IMG/VR virus record: IMGVR_UViG_3300025732_000054
Location: 1 to 53,862 of that record
Length of the DNA stretch: 53,862 nucleotides
Source of the DNA: a virus
Taxonomy: Duplodnaviria; Caudoviricetes
Reading direction: 5' to 3' (one strand)
Positions 7,874 through 12,802 of this stretch are shown here, piece by piece. The notes beneath the pieces were generated by a model. The model saw only the letters and a list, made by a program, of their open reading frames with translations, was not told where the DNA came from and ran no database searches. The first letter of the stretch is position 1. Each line of letters begins with the position of its first letter. Made by a program: the position numbers and the translations under genes.

Positions 7874-8017
7874 TTTTTAGATTTGGAGTCTGATGGGAAT
7901 CTATTCTTTTCCACCAAAAGACCAGAAAGCCCAACAGACCCCTTATCCTGCTACATACCGTACCGCTTTGGAGTGAAGCGGAGTCCAATTCACTTCGTAC
8001 ATTTGGAGAAATGTTAT

Positions 8018-8788
8018 ATGAGTAAGACGCAAATCGCATGTCTGGGAGCCCTGATCGCCGCCGCCTCTGCCTTTGGGCAGCAAGCACCGGCACAGCCCGC
8101 TCCCGCCCAGCCTGAGTTCAAGTTGAATCTGGCTGAAAACTTCGGCTACTATGCCTTTGATGGTGGCAGCAATCTTGCCGCTTTCGACACCAGCCTGAAG
8201 TTGGACCTCAGTGATGCCTTTACCGTTGGCGTGGCCGTGCCTGTATACAACCAGGGCGACAACACCAATATCGGTGACGTGTCTGTCTGGGGTGAAGCGG
8301 TCGCTATGGAATCCAAGGGCAATCTGCTCGGGGTATTCCATGACTGGTCGCTGTCGGTGTTTGGTGGAGTTGATCTTCCCACGGAAACGGTGTTCGCATC
8401 AAACAATGTGAACCCCTTCTTTGGTGCTCAGTTCAACTCTGGCATTTTCGGAGTGGAAGGTCTTCAGTTTGGACAGAGCGTGGAGTACACCTTTGTTGGA
8501 ACTGATGCGTATGTCCCGCTGCTCGGGGCATTCACCAGTTCTGATGTTCTGAACTTTGGAACTGATCTCTCCTACTGGTTCTCCAAGGAACTCGCTCTTA
8601 CCGCTGATTTTGTTCAGCAGTACTATGTGGATTCCAGTGAGTACCAACTCCTGCTCGGACCTGGAGCCAAGTGGAATGTGACCCACAGCATTAATCTTAA
8701 TGCGAGTGTTCTCATGCCCATCTCCCAGAGCGTGAACACCAGCGAGAGCGATTATGTCGTGACCGCTGGCGTCGGCATCGAGTTCTGA
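8018..8788 (+). CDS. secreted outer-membrane beta-barrel protein (COG4313/'transporter'-like)
   Basis: Signal peptide MSKTQIACLGALIAAASAFG, alternating amphipathic strands, C-terminal beta-signal VTAGVGIEF; GGAGA SD. Confidence 0.8.
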   Translation: MSKTQIACLGALIAAASAFGQQAPAQPAPAQPEFKLNLAENFGYYAFDGGSNLAAFDTSLKLDLSDAFTVGVAVPVYNQGDNTNIGDVSVWGEAVAMESKGNLLGVFHDWSLSVFGGVDLPTETVFASNNVNPFFGAQFNSGIFGVEGLQFGQSVEYTFVGTDAYVPLLGAFTSSDVLNFGTDLSYWFSKELALTADFVQQYYVDSSEYQLLLGPGAKWNVTHSINLNASVLMPISQSVNTSESDYVVTAGVGIEF

Positions 8789-8805
8789 TCCCTTTCAGAA
8801 TTGAG

Positions 8806-8843
8806 GCACACCGACACCACCGAAAGGTGGTGTTTGTGTTTTT
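8806..8843 (+). terminator. intrinsic terminator
   Basis: GACACCACC-GAAA-GGTGGTGTT followed by a T-rich tract. Confidence 0.8.
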
Positions 8844-8886
8844 GGACTACATATAGAATGTTATGGAAATTATTGGAGGATAGTTT

Positions 8887-9693
8887 ATGTCTAAAGAATA
8901 CACTCCGGCAGAGCATGAAATAAGAGTTACTAAAACTATAAACGAACTCTTGAAAGAAGGAATTTCTCCCAATGCCTATGCGGAAAGATCGAACAAAGGG
9001 GTTCGGTATTCTGATATTGAAATATACTATCCAAAAAATCCAAGGGAAGAAAAGCCTTCAATGAAAACATGGTGTGAGGTAAAAATGAACCACACCGATA
9101 ATCTTGCTAATGTGAGAGTAATGTATAAAAATGGAAAATGGCAACTCTCTGGGAAATCACAAAATGTGGAAGCGGCCAACATTGTGTGCGAAGAATTAAA
9201 TGACTCCAACAAAACTAGAGATTGGGTAAACGAGTTAGCAGATTTTTGTCTTATAAAGCGAAAAGAAATCTGGCTACCAACAGAAAGATCCTTGATAAAA
9301 AAAGCAGGAATCAACGGATACGAAAATATTGTAAGTCTTGAGAAAATGAGACTGTTTTTAAAGACCAAAACCAATCAGTATATTTTTACCAAGCAAAATT
9401 ACGATCTTGGAAAACTGGCTACAATACACTATACAATTGGAAAAAACGAACCTGTTCATTACATCCAATCCGGAGACGGATTCTATCTGCTTGGAGACGA
9501 AAACCCATTGGGACTAAAAGGTGTTCCAAAGTTCGGAGGAACAGGAAATCTTAGTGTTCGAATTTCTTTGAGAAATTCTACGCAAGTGTATGAAATACAA
9601 CCAGAACTCAAAATAAGAAAAAACACTATGGAACCTAGTCCATATTCTTGTACACCCAATACCGTAAAGAAAAATCCTTTCTTGAACAAATAA
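8887..9693 (+). CDS. putative PD-(D/E)XK nuclease (restriction/homing-endonuclease-like)
   Basis: SDIEIY...WCEVKM catalytic-like motif, basic, AT-rich, GGAGG SD, own CTACATA promoter at 8847. Confidence 0.6.
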   Translation: MSKEYTPAEHEIRVTKTINELLKEGISPNAYAERSNKGVRYSDIEIYYPKNPREEKPSMKTWCEVKMNHTDNLANVRVMYKNGKWQLSGKSQNVEAANIVCEELNDSNKTRDWVNELADFCLIKRKEIWLPTERSLIKKAGINGYENIVSLEKMRLFLKTKTNQYIFTKQNYDLGKLATIHYTIGKNEPVHYIQSGDGFYLLGDENPLGLKGVPKFGGTGNLSVRISLRNSTQVYEIQPELKIRKNTMEPSPYSCTPNTVKKNPFLNK

Positions 9694-9787
9694 AATGTAG
9701 CAGAAAACATTTCGTTATACATATCGCTGTAGTGCTTACGGGGCTACACTAACCTATACTTGTCTTGCTTATGAAAGGAGACACAAA

Positions 9788-10189
9788 ATGACAATACCTA
9801 CATTGTTTGATTATCTCATCGGGTTCGATCAAGATTTTCTAAGACTTCAGAGCATAGAAATGAAGTCACCAACCTTTCCTCCGTTTGATCTATACGAGGA
9901 AAAAGGAAAGACTGTACTAGAGTTCGCACTCGCCGGTCATTCCAAAGAAGACATTAAAGTGTCCGTAAAAAACTCCACACTGGAGATCACTGCTTCACGG
10001 GCACGAACTCGCAATCCTGAAAACAAATACCTACACCAAGGAATTGGTTTGCGTTCGTTCTATAAGCAGTACATTCTGTCGGAGAATGCCGTGGTTGAAT
10101 CTGCGGAGTTCAAGGACGGAATCTTAAAAATTGTAATTGCTGTTGTAGTACCTGAAGACAAGAAAGTTCTTCAGATTCCAATCCTCTAA
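9788..10189 (+). CDS. hsp20: small heat shock protein Hsp20 (IbpA-like)
   Basis: FPPFDL...EFALAGHSKEDI...YLHQGIGLRSF...AEFKDGILKI...IPI alpha-crystallin signature. Confidence 0.95.
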   Translation: MTIPTLFDYLIGFDQDFLRLQSIEMKSPTFPPFDLYEEKGKTVLEFALAGHSKEDIKVSVKNSTLEITASRARTRNPENKYLHQGIGLRSFYKQYILSENAVVESAEFKDGILKIVIAVVVPEDKKVLQIPIL

Positions 10190-10212
10190 CTTCCCTAAAT
10201 CCCGTAAGCACG

Positions 10213-10240
10213 ACAGGGCACCACAAGGTGCCCTGTTTTA
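10213..10240. terminator. intrinsic terminator, probably serving both strands
   Basis: ACAGGGCACC-ACAA-GGTGCCCTGT-TTT between convergent genes. Confidence 0.8.
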
Positions 10241-10351
10241 TATCCGTTTGCGTTTAAGTTTCCTGTGACCCTTCGGTGCGTTCAATTTTCTTTTTTCGGT
10301 TCGTTCATCGAAAATGGGTTTGTTTACCCGTCGCTGCCGTAGTTTCTTCAT
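10238..10351 (-). CDS. 37-aa highly basic peptide
   Basis: MKKLRQRRVNKPIFDERTEKRKLNAPKGHRKLKRKRI; AGGAGG 7 nt upstream; CTAAATA late promoter at 10378-10384 (minus strand). Confidence 0.7.
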   Translation of the reverse strand: MKKLRQRRVNKPIFDERTEKRKLNAPKGHRKLKRKRI

Positions 10352-10415
10352 GCAGGAACCTCCTGTGGTATTTTCAGTATTTAGGAATCGGCGGAAATCA
10401 CAAGAAATATAAATA

Positions 10416-10495
10416 CTGTCGGTCTAAAAGGACCAGTGCTGCAAGCGTCGATTACGCTATTCATGCCACTGGAATTTCGCTACCTTTCGACCGTC
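10416..10495 (+). ncRNA. candidate small rod-shaped RNA
   Basis: TATAAATA promoter at 10408-10415, five stacked helices, terminator at 10501-10536. Confidence 0.55.
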
Positions 10496-10500
10496 AAGAG

Positions 10501-10536
10501 AGAAAAGAGGGGAGAAATCCTCTCTTTTCTTTTCTC
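10501..10536 (+). terminator. intrinsic terminator
   Basis: AGAAAAGAGGGGA-GAAA-TCCTCTCTTTTCT-TTTC. Confidence 0.8.
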
Positions 10537-10567
10537 AAACTTTCTTTCAGGAATGTGTGAAGAAGGC

Positions 10568-10595
10568 TTGACGGCGGGTCGATATAGTGTATACT
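10568..10595 (+). promoter_or_regulatory. sigma70-type promoter of the tRNA cluster
   Basis: TTGACG-16nt-TATACT, 15 nt upstream of tRNA-Lys. Confidence 0.8.
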
Positions 10596-10610
10596 TACCC
10601 AAGTCAGTTA

Positions 10611-10683
10611 GCCCCTATAGCGCAGTTGGTAGCGCAGTTGACTTTTAATCAATTGGTCCCAGGTTCGAGCCCTGGTGGGGGCA
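10611..10683 (+). tRNA. tRNA-Lys(TTT)
   Basis: Cloverleaf; GTTGA-CT-TTT-AA-TCAAT; GGTTCGAG T-loop. Confidence 0.95.
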
Positions 10684-10700
10684 TTTCAGAATGAGACAAC

Positions 10701-10773
10701 ACTCCCTTAACTCAGCGGCTAGAGTGCTTCCTTTACACGGAAGAAGTCGTAGGTTCGAATCCTATAGGGAGTA
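10701..10773 (+). tRNA. tRNA-Val(TAC)
   Basis: CTTCC-TT-TAC-AC-GGAAG; GGTTCGAATCC. Confidence 0.95.
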
Positions 10774-10774
10774 C

Positions 10775-10846
10775 GCCACCTTAGCACAACGGCAGTGCAC
10801 CTGATTTGTAATCTGGAGGTTGTGAGTTCGAATCTCACAGGTGGCT
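10775..10846 (+). tRNA. tRNA-Thr(TGT)
   Basis: CCTGA-TT-TGT-AA-TCTGG (one T-T mismatch); GTTCGAATC. Confidence 0.9.
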
Positions 10847-10851
10847 CTCTT

Positions 10852-10931
10852 GCGTAGATCAGTGTGACGCTGACTAGAGTCGTTGACTTGCAAGCAACGA
10901 TTGAGAATGGGTGCAAGCCCCACTCTACGCT
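10852..10931 (+). tRNA. non-canonical tRNA-like RNA (loop contains TGC/GCA; extended anticodon arm)
   Basis: Perfect 7-bp acceptor GCGTAGA/TCTACGC, T-arm TGGG-TGCAAGC-CCCA, 8-bp stem AGTCGTTG/CAACGATT around ACTTGCAAG. Confidence 0.55.
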
Positions 10932-10993
10932 TTGGATATTTTGTGGTTGACTCAACTGTTACTTTTACTACATACTTGTAAAAGGAAGCACAC

Positions 10994-11392
10994 ATGAATG
11001 TCAATCAAAAAGGTGTAAGAGGTTTACTAAAAGTAATGGATGATCTTCAAGAAAAGGGCTATTTTACTTTTCCTGCTTTCGATGACCATTCTCCTGTAGA
11101 TTTAGTTGCAATTGATAGTTTTGGAAAATGTTATCGTTTACAGGTAAAATATAGAGAAAAAAATACAAAAAAGAAAAACAACAGATACGATTTTGCAACA
11201 TCTTCTGTTGTTAATGGAAAAAGAATAGAAATAGATAGATCTATGATAGATGGTTGGGCTATTTTCTTATCTGAAGATAATAAGGTCGTTTACCTTAATA
11301 AAAAAGATGTAGAAAACAAAAAGTATATTACCATAGATCCTACAAAAGAATATGGACAGATGGCAGAGTGGTTTAATGCACCGATCTACTAA
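10994..11392 (+). CDS. PD-(D/E)XK endonuclease, I-Ssp6803I/PDDEXK_5-like
   Basis: DHSPVDLVAID...YRLQVKY motif; AT-rich; AAGGA SD; CTACATA at 10968; 3' end overlaps tRNA-Ser. Confidence 0.85.
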   Translation: MNVNQKGVRGLLKVMDDLQEKGYFTFPAFDDHSPVDLVAIDSFGKCYRLQVKYREKNTKKKNNRYDFATSSVVNGKRIEIDRSMIDGWAIFLSEDNKVVYLNKKDVENKKYITIDPTKEYGQMAEWFNAPIY

Positions 11393-11440
11393 ATCGGAAT
11401 AGATCAAAATCTATCGAAGGTTCGAATCCCTCTCTGTCCG
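11354..11440 (+). tRNA. tRNA-Ser(ACT), class II
   Basis: GGACAGA/TCTGTCC acceptor, G73, CCGAT-CT-ACT-AA-ATCGG, long variable arm. Confidence 0.85.
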
Positions 11441-11448
11441 TTTTGTAT

Positions 11449-11535
11449 GGAAGGTTGTCCGAGCGGTTGAAGGAGCAGCATTGGAAATGCTGTATAGGAG
11501 CAATCCTATCGTGGGTTCGAATCCCACATCTTCCG
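11449..11535 (+). tRNA. tRNA-Ser(GGA)
   Basis: CAGCA-TT-GGA-AA-TGCTG, long variable arm, G73. Confidence 0.95.
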
Positions 11536-11562
11536 TTGTTGACTAAATACTTGTGTGTCTAT

Positions 11563-11635
11563 GCGGGCGTAACTCAGCGGCTAGAGTTCTTGCCTTCCAA
11601 GCAAGATGTCGAGGGTTCGAATCCCTTCGCCCGCT
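11563..11635 (+). tRNA. tRNA-Gly(TCC)
   Basis: CTTGC-CT-TCC-AA-GCAAG; U73. Confidence 0.95.
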
Positions 11636-11671
11636 CTTTTGTTCTGAATCATTATAACCTGGAGGTATACC

Positions 11672-11923
11672 ATGTTTGGACTTGGAAATAGAACTACATC
11701 TTACGCATTTGCTGCTGCTGCCCTGTTTCTCTTTGTAGCAGGACAGCCGTACTACAAGTACGCATTCGCTTCTCTGGTCTGTGCGCTTGCTCTGGCCTAC
11801 ATGAAGGTTTTCGAAGTGGAGAACAATCGCAGGGAAGACAGCCAGCGGCGTGAAATAGACTACCGCTTTGAAGACCTGAAGGAAGACCTGTACCGAAAAG
11901 AAAATACCCGTAGCGGCAAGTAA
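11672..11923 (+). CDS. small membrane protein with charged C-terminus
   Basis: GGAGGT SD; two hydrophobic segments. Confidence 0.75.
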   Translation: MFGLGNRTTSYAFAAAALFLFVAGQPYYKYAFASLVCALALAYMKVFEVENNRREDSQRREIDYRFEDLKEDLYRKENTRSGK

Positions 11924-11933
11924 ACCATTTAGT

Positions 11934-12005
11934 AGAACTGTGGCTCAGTGGTAGAGCATTCCGTTGATAATGGAAGGGTCGTTGGTTCGAATCCAACCAG
12001 TTCTA
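11934..12005 (+). tRNA. tRNA-Ile(GAT)
   Basis: TTCCG-TT-GAT-AA-TGGAA; GGTTCGAATCC. Confidence 0.9.
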
Positions 12006-12010
12006 TTTGA

Positions 12011-12084
12011 GGTCTGTTGGCGCAACTGGTCAGCGCATCGGCTTGTCACGCCGAAGGTTGCGGGTTCGACTCCCGCACAGATCG
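12011..12084 (+). tRNA. tRNA-Asp(GTC)
   Basis: TCGGC-TT-GTC-AC-GCCGA; G73. Confidence 0.95.
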
Positions 12085-12085
12085 T

Positions 12086-12157
12086 TGGTCTGTAGCACAA
12101 CGGCAGTGCGATCCGCTGTTAACGGATAGGTTACAGGTTCGAATCCTGTCAGACCAG
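12086..12157 (+). tRNA. tRNA-Asn(GTT)
   Basis: ATCCG-CT-GTT-AA-CGGAT; G73. Confidence 0.95.
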
Positions 12158-12162
12158 TTTTA

Positions 12163-12244
12163 GCACGAATGCCCGAGCAGCAAAGGGGAGAGTCTGTAAA
12201 ACTCTTGGCATTAGTCTTCGTAGGTGCAAGTCCTACTTCGTGCA
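12163..12244 (+). tRNA. tRNA-Tyr(GTA)
   Basis: AGAGT-CT-GTA-AA-ACTCT, class II variable arm; atypical TGCAAGT T-loop. Confidence 0.85.
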
Positions 12245-12311
12245 TTAGATTTTACAATTTTCTCCTAAACAGACTAGTAGTCTGCCATACATACAGATGG
12301 AGGAATAACTC

Positions 12312-12704
12312 ATGTCTGTATTTACAAACACAACAAATCCAAAGCATCAGGGAAGTATTGGAGAGTCAAGAGCGATATATGAATATACAAGAATGGGATT
12401 TATTGTATCTAAACCCATTATGGATTGTGATTATGATTTGTTAGTGGATGATGGAATGGCGATTAAAAAGGTTCAAGTAAAAACAACAAAACAACTTCAC
12501 AAAACAAGCAAAAATCCTATTTGTAATTTAAGAGTGATGGGCGGCAATCAGTCTTTTTCTACAACAAAAAAGAGAAAATCAGATGATTGGGATATCTTGT
12601 TTGTCTTGGCAGAAGATGGAAGATGTTGGTCTATTCCATCTACAGAATTTAAAACTGAAACGACTTTGACTATTACAGAACAATTCGACAAGTTCAAAAT
12701 CTGA
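12312..12704 (+). CDS. PD-(D/E)XK endonuclease, I-Ssp6803I/PDDEXK_5-like
   Basis: QGSIGESRA...VSKPIMDCDYDLLVDDG...KKVQVKT; GGAGG SD; ATACATA at 12287. Confidence 0.9.
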   Translation: MSVFTNTTNPKHQGSIGESRAIYEYTRMGFIVSKPIMDCDYDLLVDDGMAIKKVQVKTTKQLHKTSKNPICNLRVMGGNQSFSTTKKRKSDDWDILFVLAEDGRCWSIPSTEFKTETTLTITEQFDKFKI

Positions 12705-12732
12705 TCGGGGGGTTCGAGTCCCTCCGCAACCA
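12705..12732 (+). pseudogene. orphan tRNA 3' fragment (T-arm plus acceptor 3' strand)
   Basis: GGGGG-TTCGAGT-CCCTC-CGCAACC-A directly after the nuclease stop; no matching 5' half upstream. Confidence 0.6.
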
Positions 12733-12802
12733 TTATAATTATGTTATGTTGGGCAACTTTCTCTCCTACATAGGGTAGGCCAGTTACCCAAAGGAGAAAC
12801 AA

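Noticed and set aside
10276-12444. ORF-track entries 10276, 10436, 10719, 10762, 11443, 11694, 12030 and 12169
   Set aside because: They overlap tRNA genes, terminators or the better-supported minus-strand peptide
10932-12732. Group I intron housing the PD-(D/E)XK nucleases
   Set aside because: Flanks are only about 60-70 nt, too short for a catalytic core, and no split exon pair is present. The GTGGTTG/CAACCAT match between 10943 and 12727 is short and spans many intact tRNAs
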